Part shown: piece by piece, positions 11,601-20,541 of the stretch
Position numbering within the stretch: position 1 is the first letter of the stretch
Layout of the letters: every line of letters begins with the position of its first letter
DNA from: a virus
Virus record (IMG/VR): IMGVR_UViG_3300033984_000416
Location: 57,433-121,432 of that record
Reading direction: 5' to 3' (one strand)
DNA length: 64,000 nucleotides
Made by a program: the position numbers and the translations under genes
Notes under the pieces: model-generated
What the model was told of the DNA's origin: nothing
Seen by the model: only the letters and a program-made list of their open reading frames with translations
Databases searched by the model: none

Positions 11601-12915
11601 CTTCTCTGTTGTAGCTAATATTTGCAATAACACCATCATCAGAACCAAATAGATTTATTATTTGACCACCTTTATTGAAAGCATAAAGGATTCCATCGGT
11701 TATTTGAACTTCACCCTTGTTGTTAGCATATGCTGGTGCGTATCCGCTTCTAAACGATGATTTAGAGGGACTATCTATACCAGTTGGACTAACACCTAGC
11801 TGATTTGCTCTAACGTTCGTTAAAAGGGCTTGTATTTGACCCTTACCTGTATGTAGTATCATATGGTTAGCTCTATCAACATTTGATATGACACCACTTT
11901 CTGATTGAAAAATCGAACCATCATCTTCTAGATAACTTCTAGGTAACGTAAATCCTAATATTTTACCAGCAGTATCTAATATTCTACCACCAGTTGTTTT
12001 TGGGATTGTAATTTTGTAGCTTGGTCTAAAACCAGCAAGTGTACCGTTCTTAACAAGACTAAGAATGTTATTTTGAACATTTAAAGCACCCAATAATTCT
12101 TGTTGAACGTTGAATGCAGCATTATTTGCTAGTGCCAATGCTAATTGTTGTCCACCTATAGTTCCTAACTTGGTATCGTTGATAAGACCTGTAGCACCTA
12201 ATATTCTACCAGCCAATGAAGACCTAATATCAAAATTTGTTACAACACCACCTTTAGCCAAACCTAAACCTTGACCATTCAATACACTACCAATAACGTT
12301 AGCAGCTTGAATCGCACCACTACCACCTAGATTTAAACCACCATAGGTATCTAAATAACCACTTATTTGTTGAGATGTATCTACGGGTTGTAAACCTATA
12401 AATGCCGACATATCTATTTGTTTGCTAGCATCTAAATAAAGATTTTTAATCGTGTTTTTCTTTCTAAATTGACCATCGTTTGTTTTACCAATCAACCCAT
12501 AATTATTTACATCGTCATTAGCACCTGTTGGATACGAAGTAATACCTTGCGGCCATTGTGCGTTAGGGAAATTAGAATTTACAGTTGGTATTACAAAATC
12601 TATTTGTGTTAATGCATTAGCATTTGAACCTACATTTTGAAATGTATTTGGAAGTACGTTTAAATTTTTAAATAAAATCCCTTCAACTTGTAAGGGTAAC
12701 CCAATTGGAACAGTAACATTACCAGTACCAACCATAGTATCTAATACTGGTTGACCAATTCTAGGACTACCATTCAATGAAGTTGATAGTTGAGGATAAA
12801 CTGGTAATAAATTTTTATTAAGTAAAAAATCTCTAATACCATACGTTACAGCAGTACTGTTGATAGTATTCCTTGTTGTTGGCGAAGGTGTTGAAGTGTT
12901 ATAAAAGATTGGCAT
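8623..12915 (-). CDS. Baseplate / tail tube initiator-like protein (gp48/gp54-like, 1430 aa) with an internal OmpA-like domain
   Basis: IMWFPPYNIKFSENSSVNWESNNFIGRGEPVYTYNNTERSGNLSF and RPPICILRIGDFYNTKIV...QPMIANVNISFKFIGG segments; OmpA-like VYFPND...VTGYASPQGSAKYNQKLADARAK...DRKAVI. Confidence 0.65.
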   Translation of the reverse strand: MPIFYNTSTPSPTTRNTINSTAVTYGIRDFLLNKNLLPVYPQLSTSLNGSPRIGQPVLDTMVGTGNVTVPIGLPLQVEGILFKNLNVLPNTFQNVGSNANALTQIDFVIPTVNSNFPNAQWPQGITSYPTGANDDVNNYGLIGKTNDGQFRKKNTIKNLYLDASKQIDMSAFIGLQPVDTSQQISGYLDTYGGLNLGGSGAIQAANVIGSVLNGQGLGLAKGGVVTNFDIRSSLAGRILGATGLINDTKLGTIGGQQLALALANNAAFNVQQELLGALNVQNNILSLVKNGTLAGFRPSYKITIPKTTGGRILDTAGKILGFTLPRSYLEDDGSIFQSESGVISNVDRANHMILHTGKGQIQALLTNVRANQLGVSPTGIDSPSKSSFRSGYAPAYANNKGEVQITDGILYAFNKGGQIINLFGSDDGVIANISYNREEMVSNAGFKSPEETYTGPKGNVGYDDRKISDVGFTWTTSNGESVNKTVQYDELLGDKKSLLVKTQKLFNSKAMKNIVSQKGDMGKHSSQISTANGGGFSKGNAVMQGSMFDQTTGRYMGTATGKTAGDVYCRSWTTLDRYDTVYNLVRARGLWDSPNVPYRFNTENSVLDDNGFVKIAPYTTDKATDPKKFMFSIENLAWHDAKENLPECERGPGDLSSGKKGRIMWFPPYNIKFSENSSVNWESNNFIGRGEPVYTYNNTERSGNLSFQIVVDHPSYINAFRGETGPDDHYINSFWAGCIDPNSKWGEKLTVSEKSKIATRDLVIPQQKVVPEEFVPDDMVVYFPNDNAILPMSYESGLSGSSTTNTIDYNVNPAGIGYGLGNYPSSFTPGNTEKWPDRYNFGLNYKGPYTVPSRIGVQEFYGYYDPLYIPALIDHLSQKCPHCRVEVTGYASPQGSAKYNQKLADARAKAIMEDLRDVKLGPHIGGDTKKRFKANPGIALTNTGCIPNHGADTDSVACKQDRKAVIHFVFDAELAAADVAQPDPVIKKIPQNVNTKITNRFYDECLYFEKLADYDPLVFDSFREKIRYFHPAFHSTTPEGLNSRLTFLLQCTRQGPTSEAQGANNLAFGRPPICILRIGDFYNTKIVMDSVAIDYEPLVWDLNPEGIGVQPMIANVNISFKFIGGSTLMSPINKLQNALSFNYFANSQVYDPRADYVTKERPTYNVKGKDGKDLPMSNMAPLSNTGYYLNNGNLDMSNPETVITATDIVDNTPETNQVKTAEIAAGAPVAQVAAVSPTGGPFTIDNITAVDEYFHVGKSSQFVYSFLNFKTDSAGVVIKPTTDFQIDMYLVQAMIPKNGASYDNCAKACPKDMIASSDTNGDFIGSILLTKDGVVETKEGKKITTQWFNHANVYVWVDEDTRLGGRAKFNNLIAQQQSLIACNVAIQEAKPASERNYTIDIGFRLRLEIKDLVGGGKKTITATKALVYQN

Positions 12916-12998
12916 AAGTAACTTATTTTATATATAAATACTATAGTAGTAAAAATTTTGAAAAAATAAATGCTTATGGTGTTTTATAAAAACAAAAA

Positions 12999-13017
12999 AA
13001 GGCACAATTAGTGCCTT
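12999..13017 (-). terminator. Intrinsic terminator
   Basis: AAGGCAC-aatta-GTGCCTT hairpin followed by a T run on the minus strand. Confidence 0.75.
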
Positions 13018-13035
13018 AATTAAAAATATATAATT

Positions 13036-13085
13036 TTATTTATATATATTATATTATTTATATATTAATTTTATTATTTATATAT
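13036..13085. repeat. Three 12-bp direct repeats TTATTTATATAT inside a 75-bp pure A/T tract (13016-13090)
   Basis: Copies at 13036-13047, 13054-13065, 13074-13085. Confidence 0.85.
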
Positions 13086-13108
13086 TATATGTTATTTTTT
13101 TATTTGTA

Positions 13109-13139
13109 CAAATATACGGTTTTTTTTTCATAAAGTCAA
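13109..13139 (-). promoter_or_regulatory. Host-type promoter TTGACT-N17-TATATTTG with no downstream ORF
   Basis: Minus strand reads TTGACTttatgaaaaaaaaaccgTATATTTG; overlaps the perfect palindrome TATTTGTACAAATA (13101-13114). Confidence 0.6.
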
Positions 13140-13195
13140 GTTAATACATATAAACTTTTATAACAATATTCTAATTGATTGATAATCAACGATAT

Positions 13196-15877
13196 TTAAG
13201 CAACGTTTGTACCACCATTTCTATTCTTTTCTAATTGTGAAGCAACAGCTCTTTGTAAATCAGAAATAAATCCAGGATTTTTTAATAAGTCTACAGCAGC
13301 TTTAGGATTTCCTGGACTATCAACGGTTATTTTACCGTTGATAACTATCTCACCAAAATCTACTTTCATATTATTTCCACCAGATTTACTAGCATTATCA
13401 ACTATACCTTTATCCTTCAAGGCAATTAAATCATCTTTATTATCAATTGGGTGAATTTTACCACCTTGAACAACACCTCTACCCTTAGAAAAATCTGAAC
13501 CTAAACCCATAGCCATATCACCCATAGCACCTAAAGGGTTTAGAAAAGCACCACCAACCCTAGCCGCCATAGAATCCATACCACCTTCAAAGAAACCATC
13601 ATGTGTTGGTGTCCCAAGCGATAACCCACCATTACTACTTTTACCCCAAACAGCGTCACCACCAACATCACCTATTTTATCACCAGCCATACCACCAGCT
13701 ATACCACCAATCAAACCACCAATAGCTGTACCTACACCTGGAAAAATCATAGTACCAATAGTAGCACCTAACGCAGCACCACCCCATGCACCACCACCAG
13801 CAGCGGCAGCTCTAACACCTGTTCTACCTACGTTTTCACCAGTACCCATTCCAGCAGCAGAGTTTTCACTATATTCATCATAACCAGATACACCAGCAGC
13901 TAATAAACCAGCACCAGCACCACCCCAACCTTTAGCGAATTTACCAATCTTAGAAGCACTTCTAAGTCTACCTCTTTTACCACCTTTACCTAATAAATCA
14001 CCAAGACTATCCATAGCACCGCCACCACCGCCACCAGCACTAGCGGCTGAATTAAAACCTTGAGCCAACAACACACCATTAGAAATCCAACTTAACTTAT
14101 CCCATAACATACCACCCAACTTAGTACCTAAATAAATAGCTGCACTCATGATAGGGTTATCAATAACAAAACCAGCAATACCAGATACTAACTCACCAAC
14201 GGTTGTCGCTAATTTTTCTATCTTTTCACCCCAACCACCTTTAGCAGTAAACTTATCACTTAATTCTCTTAATTTTGGTATTAAATTTTTATTAAGAGTA
14301 TCAATAAATGGTATTAGATAAACTTTCAATTGATTCATTAAATCACCCAAGGATTCATCGAAAGTTCTAGCATCCTCAGCTCTTTTTTTCATTGATTCCT
14401 GTTCAACCATTTGAGCTTTAACTGCTGTAAGGTCGGCTTGTGTTAATTGCTTAAGTAATTTTTTGTCACCATTAAGCATAATACTAGCCTCACCTTTTTT
14501 ATTTAACACTGATTTGTTTGTAAGATATTCTTGTAAATCTTTACCATCTTGACCACCGCCAACACTAAAATTAATTTGAGATTTAATCTTTGTATATTTA
14601 GCTGCGTTTTTACCAGCAGTAACCAAATCATCATAAGCAACACCTGTTTGCTCAGCAATAATCTTAAGTTTATGCATTTCCATAGCACCCAAGTCAAATT
14701 CACCAGTTTTAGCGTTAAATTTAGCCGAAGCTGCCGCAGCGTTACCTAATTCTTCTGTTAAACCGTTAACATCGTTACGAGCCATATACATCAAATGGAA
14801 AGGGTCGGCCATCTTAGCCCATTCACCCCCCATAACTTGCAATTGAGCAGACATATCAACAGCACCCTCAATATCAAACATTTTATCAGCCATGCTAGAA
14901 GCAAATTCCATATTAACACCCAACTTGGTAACTGTTTTAGCCATCTTAGCCAAACCAGCGGTACCTTCTTTAAAATTATATCTGTTAAGCATTTTCATGT
15001 TACCAGATATATTTTTCATTACTTTGGTTGCATTAAGACCCATTTTATGAGCATCATTCATAGTCTGCTCAACATACTTACCAGTACGTTCAGCTGAAAG
15101 ACCTTGATTTTCCATATCAGCAGCCATTTTAGCTGACCCTTCAGCACCTAATCCACTAGCAGCGGCCATTTGACCCATAGCGACTAAACCATCTTGACTC
15201 AACTCAACTGTTCTACCTAATTCCTCACTATATTGAGCTTGCATTGCAGATAATTCTTTTATCCCAATACCCATCATGTTGGTTTGAGTAGCAGCACCTC
15301 TAATGGTGTTTCTAAAACCTTCTGTTCCTTTAGAAAGAATACCCATAGATAAAGCCGACATTTTCATCGCCTTATCTAATTCAAATAACCCTAACCCCTT
15401 TATTTCACCGTAACCTTTTTTAACTAAGTTCGGTAATCCAACTACAATTTTTTCTAAACCTTTTAATGATGTAGTAAAAGCTTTACTAGCTACAAGTGCT
15501 TTTTTATTAACACTACCTAATGCTTCGTCTAACTTTTCACCTTGTTTTTTTATTTCTTTGGTTTGAAGCTCAAGGATTCTCAATTTCTTTTTTGCAGCCT
15601 CAATAGCTGTAGCATCTTTAGAAGCAATAGCATCTTTTAATTTATCTTCTAATTTTAATGCTATTTTTTCGTTTCTAGCAATAGTTTGTTTGATTTTTTT
15701 AGAATCTTTTAACCCTTGAATATAGTCTTCTAGGCTAGCACTTACTTTTTGTCTAAGTCTAGCATCTTCTTCAAGGGCTCTGGTTGCTCTTTCAACTTCA
15801 TTAGCATAAAGTGCCGCCTCTTCTTTTAGTAGTTTGGCGGCTTTAGCTGCTGCTTTTTCTTCATCACTTTTTGCCAT
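13196..15877 (-). CDS. Tape measure protein (893 aa)
   Basis: Long Ala/Gly/Lys-rich helical protein with a Gly-rich hydrophobic C-terminal half; lies between chaperone/tube genes and baseplate genes. Confidence 0.8.
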   Translation of the reverse strand: MAKSDEEKAAAKAAKLLKEEAALYANEVERATRALEEDARLRQKVSASLEDYIQGLKDSKKIKQTIARNEKIALKLEDKLKDAIASKDATAIEAAKKKLRILELQTKEIKKQGEKLDEALGSVNKKALVASKAFTTSLKGLEKIVVGLPNLVKKGYGEIKGLGLFELDKAMKMSALSMGILSKGTEGFRNTIRGAATQTNMMGIGIKELSAMQAQYSEELGRTVELSQDGLVAMGQMAAASGLGAEGSAKMAADMENQGLSAERTGKYVEQTMNDAHKMGLNATKVMKNISGNMKMLNRYNFKEGTAGLAKMAKTVTKLGVNMEFASSMADKMFDIEGAVDMSAQLQVMGGEWAKMADPFHLMYMARNDVNGLTEELGNAAAASAKFNAKTGEFDLGAMEMHKLKIIAEQTGVAYDDLVTAGKNAAKYTKIKSQINFSVGGGQDGKDLQEYLTNKSVLNKKGEASIMLNGDKKLLKQLTQADLTAVKAQMVEQESMKKRAEDARTFDESLGDLMNQLKVYLIPFIDTLNKNLIPKLRELSDKFTAKGGWGEKIEKLATTVGELVSGIAGFVIDNPIMSAAIYLGTKLGGMLWDKLSWISNGVLLAQGFNSAASAGGGGGGAMDSLGDLLGKGGKRGRLRSASKIGKFAKGWGGAGAGLLAAGVSGYDEYSENSAAGMGTGENVGRTGVRAAAAGGGAWGGAALGATIGTMIFPGVGTAIGGLIGGIAGGMAGDKIGDVGGDAVWGKSSNGGLSLGTPTHDGFFEGGMDSMAARVGGAFLNPLGAMGDMAMGLGSDFSKGRGVVQGGKIHPIDNKDDLIALKDKGIVDNASKSGGNNMKVDFGEIVINGKITVDSPGNPKAAVDLLKNPGFISDLQRAVASQLEKNRNGGTNVA

Positions 15878-15880
15878 GGT

Positions 15881-17347
15881 TTATTTAGTTGTTTCTTCTT
15901 TTTGTTCGTTATAACCTTTTGATTGTAAAAATCTAACATTAGCTTCTACAGTATCTAGTGTTAGGTTTTCCCAGTTTCCACCTTTTTTTAATTTACCAAC
16001 TTCTATCTCACAATTGTAAATGTTAGGGTCTTCTGTTTTATTTTTTACTATTATTCTTAAATCTAAATTTTTATTAAGTTGCTTTATCAATACTTGGTCT
16101 CTATCTTCAATTACGTGTCGTCTAACACGTATGTAATCCGTTTCAGCTCTAAGAGTTTCAATATCATTGGTATTTTTACTAGTTTTGTAAGGTATTTCGA
16201 TTGTTTTTAGTAATTGATATTTAGCATCGTTATCGATAACAAACCCATCACCAATCTTTTGTTTTATCTTATTCATACCGTATTTACCCAATAAATCTAG
16301 TGTTGGTATAATACCAGCCCCAGTCGGTTTATCCCCTCTTAAATCAGCAACAAATGCTTGCCAAAAAGTTGGTTGAGTGTAGAACGCTGCTTTTAACTCT
16401 GGGTCAGCTAAAATCATTTTAAACGCTAGTTGACCATCAGCTTTTAATTCTTCTGGTGATTGTTCTTCTTTCGATTTTTCCTCACCTTCTTCTTCATCAG
16501 ATTCACATGAAGTGGTAACTGAAAAGTTTTGGATACCACTAATAACAGCTTCACCATTGTTATTACCAGCCACAACTTTAAATTTAAGATTCAATTTAAG
16601 GTTATCATTGGTTGAAAGTATATCTTGGTTTTCACTATAAAAATCAGTTGTTTCGTCCTCAACGTCACCTTTGATTTCTAAGATATAAGTATCCCATTTG
16701 TTTAAATCTGGTAGTGTTTTGTTGGTTTCTTTTATTAACTCTAAAGTAAATGTGTTATTTGATTTTGCTAAACAACAAAACATAATATCACCATTATTAA
16801 ATGATAATTTAAAACCTTTTTCTTTATCTAAATTTTCCAAGACATACCTTAATTCTTGGTTTATTGCACTAGTAAAATCACTAGATACGTCTTTACCACT
16901 TAAATTATTCTTGGTACCTTGTTTTTGTTGTTTTTCAGCTGTAGGTGATAATGGGTCAACAATATCAATTTGTTTCCCACCTCTAAATACTTGAATGTTG
17001 GTAATATCCTTAACAGTCATTGGTGACCACTCTTTAAAATCGGTCAATTTGTCTTTTTCGTTGATTTTATGAACTCTTCTTAACTCTAAATCATCACCAC
17101 TCAACCCAGTATAAACCATATAATATCGATAATTTATATTGCTAGAACCAGAATCAATATTATCCATGATGACATGACCAGAAGTGTTATCAATAACTTT
17201 AAAATTATTTTTACTATTCTTCCATGTTATAACTACGGTGTCACCAACTTTCATAGTATTTTTTACCATAGTGTCAAAAGGTGTTTCGTTTATAAAATTA
17301 AGAAGCCTTTGATATTGTGCTTCGGTTACTATTAGTTTATTGCTCAT
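15881..17347 (-). CDS. Hypothetical virion-associated protein (488 aa)
   Basis: ORF track; own late-type motif at 17364-17371; N-terminus MSNKLIVTEAQYQRLLNFINE. Confidence 0.8.
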   Translation of the reverse strand: MSNKLIVTEAQYQRLLNFINETPFDTMVKNTMKVGDTVVITWKNSKNNFKVIDNTSGHVIMDNIDSGSSNINYRYYMVYTGLSGDDLELRRVHKINEKDKLTDFKEWSPMTVKDITNIQVFRGGKQIDIVDPLSPTAEKQQKQGTKNNLSGKDVSSDFTSAINQELRYVLENLDKEKGFKLSFNNGDIMFCCLAKSNNTFTLELIKETNKTLPDLNKWDTYILEIKGDVEDETTDFYSENQDILSTNDNLKLNLKFKVVAGNNNGEAVISGIQNFSVTTSCESDEEEGEEKSKEEQSPEELKADGQLAFKMILADPELKAAFYTQPTFWQAFVADLRGDKPTGAGIIPTLDLLGKYGMNKIKQKIGDGFVIDNDAKYQLLKTIEIPYKTSKNTNDIETLRAETDYIRVRRHVIEDRDQVLIKQLNKNLDLRIIVKNKTEDPNIYNCEIEVGKLKKGGNWENLTLDTVEANVRFLQSKGYNEQKEETTK

Positions 17348-17383
17348 CGTATTAATCTTTGTTTATAAATATCATATAAAATA

Positions 17384-17410
17384 AAAATCCCCACTTTATG
17401 CGGGGATTTT
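17384..17410. terminator. Intrinsic terminator (possibly bidirectional)
   Basis: AAAATCCCC-actttatgc-GGGGATTTT inverted repeat just after the stop at 17412. Confidence 0.75.
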
Positions 17411-17411
17411 A

Positions 17412-17660
17412 TTATGTTGTTGGTAAATCACCATTTTTCATTCTGGTTTTTAAAGCCTCACCAGATACTCTAGTTTGTCTAGAACCTTTGGTACCACTTG
17501 TTTTCGATTTCTCTTTTGCTTCTTCGTATTGTTCTTGTCTCTTAGCGTGGTCTTTTGTTAATAACCCTAAGAAATAACGCCTTTCATATGTCGGCATCAC
17601 CAGAACATCTGAATATGAAATATTTTTCATATGTTGAGTGCAAATCCAAATCTCTTCCAA
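17412..17660 (-). CDS. Small tail assembly protein / probable frameshift extension of the upstream chaperone
   Basis: ISYSDVLVMPTYERRYFL motif; only a TTG start, but the frame is open upstream through GLTSDYKIPL to the T7 run at 17691-17697. Confidence 0.7.
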   Translation of the reverse strand: MEEIWICTQHMKNISYSDVLVMPTYERRYFLGLLTKDHAKRQEQYEEAKEKSKTSGTKGSRQTRVSGEALKTRMKNGDLPTT

Positions 17661-17670
17661 TAATGGAATC

Positions 17671-18972
17671 TTATAATCGGAAGTTAGGCCAAAAAAAGTT
17701 GAAGTTAAGTGGAAGAAAGGTGGCTACAGACCCACCCCCAGGAGTCTCGACATTAATATTCAAATCAATACCACAGTCAACAGTTTCAATATATTCGTTA
17801 AACGCTTTAGCGTCACCAATTCTCATTCCATTAGCAACATCTCTAATAATATTTTTATCTCTATCTCCATTTACTTCGAAAATCATACGCTCCAATCTGT
17901 ATGTTGATGTATTATCAACCAACATATTGTTTTCTTTATCCTTAGCAATTCTTTTTTCTAAATCACTAATATCTCCACATGTCAAAGGTCTAAATCTTAA
18001 TTGTACCTTGCTTAATGGTAGTGTAAAACTAAATAACCCATCGCTATCTGGTTCAACACTCAATTCAATAGTTTTTAAATCATTAAGGTTTACTACAGAA
18101 TCAAAAGGCTCGTCTAATTCATCTAACAATGTTACTGGATACATTTCACCGTAACTAGTAGCTCTTAACCAAATCATAATAGCGTTTCTATCACCAACCA
18201 ATAAGTCTTTATATCTTAATTCTGGTTCAAGGATTTTTCTGTTGATAAGAATCTCTAAGAATTCACCACTTTGTAATAAGTTAGGACTAGTAAGAATATT
18301 CTCATCAGCTGTAGTCATATAACCAACTCTTATGCTAGCTTTTTTATTTTTATATAATTTACCTTTAGAAGGCAACGGTATAACATCAAAAGGAGCGTTG
18401 TAATTTGGCTGACTTAACTCATAAATTGCTGGGTTGATATTAGAAGGGTTTTGACCATAACTATCACTGTAATTTGTGATTGGTGTTGAAGGCGGTGTTG
18501 GTGGTGTTGGTGGTGTATAATTATTTTGATAATTATTAGCCTGTACGTTTTGTGGCATCTCTGTTGGTGTTGGAATGTTATTATGTCTAGTTGTAGCTTC
18601 TTCAGTTTGTCTTTGGAAGTTTTGAGTATTTTCTAGGTTCTTTTTTAATTGTTCGTCACGAAGCCTCATTTGTTCTTCGTTTTTTAACCTAGCCATTATT
18701 CCATAGCTAGAAGCTGAAGTTTCTTCCGCAAAATCATTTTCTTTAACAACATCACCATTTTGAATTTGTTGTAATTGATTTGCTGTTCGTCTACGCATCA
18801 TTTCTACAGCACTAATTTGTCCATCTGGTACGTTGGCTTCATTGGTAGCGGTTGCATAGATATCGTTTGTTACTATTGCTTTTTCTGTTTCATAAGCATC
18901 TATCTTAGCCTTTTCAGCTGCTGCTGCATTCATTTGTTCTTTACTTGGGATTACGTTTGGTTTTTTATCCAT
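17671..18972 (-). CDS. Baseplate hub / tail assembly chaperone (T4 gp26-like) with a long low-complexity N-terminal extension
   Basis: DVIPLPSKGKLY...VGYMTTADENILTS...LLVGDRNAIMIWLRATSYG; ends FFWPNFRL. Confidence 0.75.
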   Translation of the reverse strand: MDKKPNVIPSKEQMNAAAAEKAKIDAYETEKAIVTNDIYATATNEANVPDGQISAVEMMRRRTANQLQQIQNGDVVKENDFAEETSASSYGIMARLKNEEQMRLRDEQLKKNLENTQNFQRQTEEATTRHNNIPTPTEMPQNVQANNYQNNYTPPTPPTPPSTPITNYSDSYGQNPSNINPAIYELSQPNYNAPFDVIPLPSKGKLYKNKKASIRVGYMTTADENILTSPNLLQSGEFLEILINRKILEPELRYKDLLVGDRNAIMIWLRATSYGEMYPVTLLDELDEPFDSVVNLNDLKTIELSVEPDSDGLFSFTLPLSKVQLRFRPLTCGDISDLEKRIAKDKENNMLVDNTSTYRLERMIFEVNGDRDKNIIRDVANGMRIGDAKAFNEYIETVDCGIDLNINVETPGGGSVATFLPLNFNFFWPNFRL

Positions 18973-19075
18973 TTTAAAACTATTTGTTGTTTGTTATAAC
19001 TTTACAAATAAATATAGAAAAAGAAATTTTTTTGTAAATAGCTTTATTTTTATCTAGTTAGTATTAGCTTTGAAT

Positions 19076-19483
19076 ATGGAAAAAATAATACTAAAATACT
19101 TAGAAAAAGAACTCAATTTAAAACATAGTGGTGTTTTTAGTGTTTTTGAGAATTATATTTTTGTTAAAGGTGATTATTTTAAACAAGAATGTAAAATTTT
19201 TGATATTACAGAAATTAAAATGATAGATATTATTTATGGTTATTTTGAAGGTAAACTAGATTATAAAATATTTGTATTCGACCCCAAAACATTTATTCTA
19301 GATTTCGAAGATATTGAAGATGAGATAAAACTTGAAGGAGAATACTCAGAACTAATTGATACTTTGATAAAATATGTTATAAATCTTAAACAAGAAGCAA
19401 TTCTTAAACAGCATTATGAAGATGCTGCTAACTACCGAGATATAGAAAAAACACTAGAAACAAAAAAGCCACCCATGGGGTAG
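19076..19483 (+). CDS. Hypothetical protein with C-terminal UVR (UvrB/UvrC/ClpC-type) coiled-coil motif
   Basis: LKQEAILKQHYEDAANYRDIEKTLE; preceded by TAGCTTTG (19065-19072); ATG at 19076 preferred over the track's TTG at 19070. Confidence 0.65.
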   Translation: MEKIILKYLEKELNLKHSGVFSVFENYIFVKGDYFKQECKIFDITEIKMIDIIYGYFEGKLDYKIFVFDPKTFILDFEDIEDEIKLEGEYSELIDTLIKYVINLKQEAILKQHYEDAANYRDIEKTLETKKPPMG

Positions 19484-19486
19484 CTC
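19468..19486 (-). terminator. Intrinsic terminator of the tube operon
   Basis: Minus strand AGCTACCC-cat-GGGTGGCT followed by TTTTT. Confidence 0.7.
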
Positions 19487-19492
19487 TTTTTA

Positions 19493-19603
19493 TTATTTAC
19501 TAAGTGATTTTAATAGTTCTTCATTTTTCTTAATAACACTAAGACGTTTAACTTGGTTTACCCTATTTTTTTTAGGCTTACCTTCTTTTTTTGACTTTGA
19601 CAT
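19493..19603 (-). CDS. Small basic peptide (36 aa) MSKSKKEGKPKKNRVNQVKRLSVIKKNEELLKSLSK
   Basis: Translated by hand; fills the gap between the tube stop (19610) and the terminator. Confidence 0.6.
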   Translation of the reverse strand: MSKSKKEGKPKKNRVNQVKRLSVIKKNEELLKSLSK

Positions 19604-19609
19604 AATTTA

Positions 19610-20098
19610 TTAGAATAATAAAATAGCTCTGTCAAATCTAAGTGTTGCAGTAATCTCAGCAATACCATCATCATCCATTGATAAATCTCCGAATGAAACG
19701 TTTGTTAACATAGTACCGTCAAGTAACCATTTTTCGATAACAACACCAGTTGGGTCAAGCATTTCAAGTTCAACAGGTCTTTTATAACCAGCTGCGTAAC
19801 CTTGACGACCTGTAATAGATTCAGAGTGTAAACGAACCCACTCCATAATAGCTTGTGTAGCTGATGGCCCGATTGGGTCACGGAATGTTACGTCAATTGC
19901 TTCCCAAGTAAATCTACCAATAACCCATGTAGATGTATTAAGGAATGGGATTTCAACTTCATTTTGTGTAATTGAAGGTCTAGATGCAGAAGATAACCAC
20001 CATTGTTGGATACCTAAATCTGCTGGGAATGTAATTAACCAACGATTCTTTTTCTTAGGCTCGTATGGTAAGGGCATTTTCATCAATAAATCAGCCAT
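19610..20098 (-). CDS. Tail tube protein (T4 gp19-like)
   Basis: YEPKKKNRWLI...RPSITQNEVEIPFLN...GRFTWEAIDVTFRDPI...LEMLDPTGVVIEKWLLDG...GDLSM...TLRFDRAILLF; downstream of sheath. Confidence 0.9.
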   Translation of the reverse strand: MADLLMKMPLPYEPKKKNRWLITFPADLGIQQWWLSSASRPSITQNEVEIPFLNTSTWVIGRFTWEAIDVTFRDPIGPSATQAIMEWVRLHSESITGRQGYAAGYKRPVELEMLDPTGVVIEKWLLDGTMLTNVSFGDLSMDDDGIAEITATLRFDRAILLF

Positions 20099-20232
20099 GT
20101 CTTTTTTGTTTTAATTTTTTTGTTCTTATTTATTAATAAATATCTAAGAATTATTTTTTTAGAAAAATTTCTTTCTTACCTATAAATATGGTAACTATAT
20201 AAAATATTCTTTATTTTATTATTTTTTTTTCG

Positions 20233-20240
20233 TATCTTTG
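20233..20240 (+). promoter_or_regulatory. Bacteroidota-type -7 element TATCTTTG
   Basis: 16 nt upstream of the ATG at 20257. Confidence 0.6.
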
Positions 20241-20256
20241 TTAAAATAATTTAACT

Positions 20257-20541
20257 ATGAAAATAACTGAAAAGGAATTACTCGAAAAATACAACATAAT
20301 AATTGATAATATACTAGACGAATGTGATTGGAAAACTAATTTTACTGGTGAAGAAGTTTGTCAATTGGTGCACAATATTCTTAAACAAAATAATGAAGAA
20401 CCATCTATTTCAGCTGAAAAACTTCATGAAGTATATTCTTTGAAGGTTTCCTCTTTAAAATTAACCCCAGAAGAATGGCGTGAAAACTATGGTATTCCAG
20501 AAATCATATCAATGATTTACGAAATACTACTTTCCTTGTAA
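20257..20541 (+). CDS. Hypothetical protein (94 aa)
   Basis: ORF track; host-type promoter upstream; convergent overlap with the next gene. Confidence 0.7.
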   Translation: MKITEKELLEKYNIIIDNILDECDWKTNFTGEEVCQLVHNILKQNNEEPSISAEKLHEVYSLKVSSLKLTPEEWRENYGIPEIISMIYEILLSL

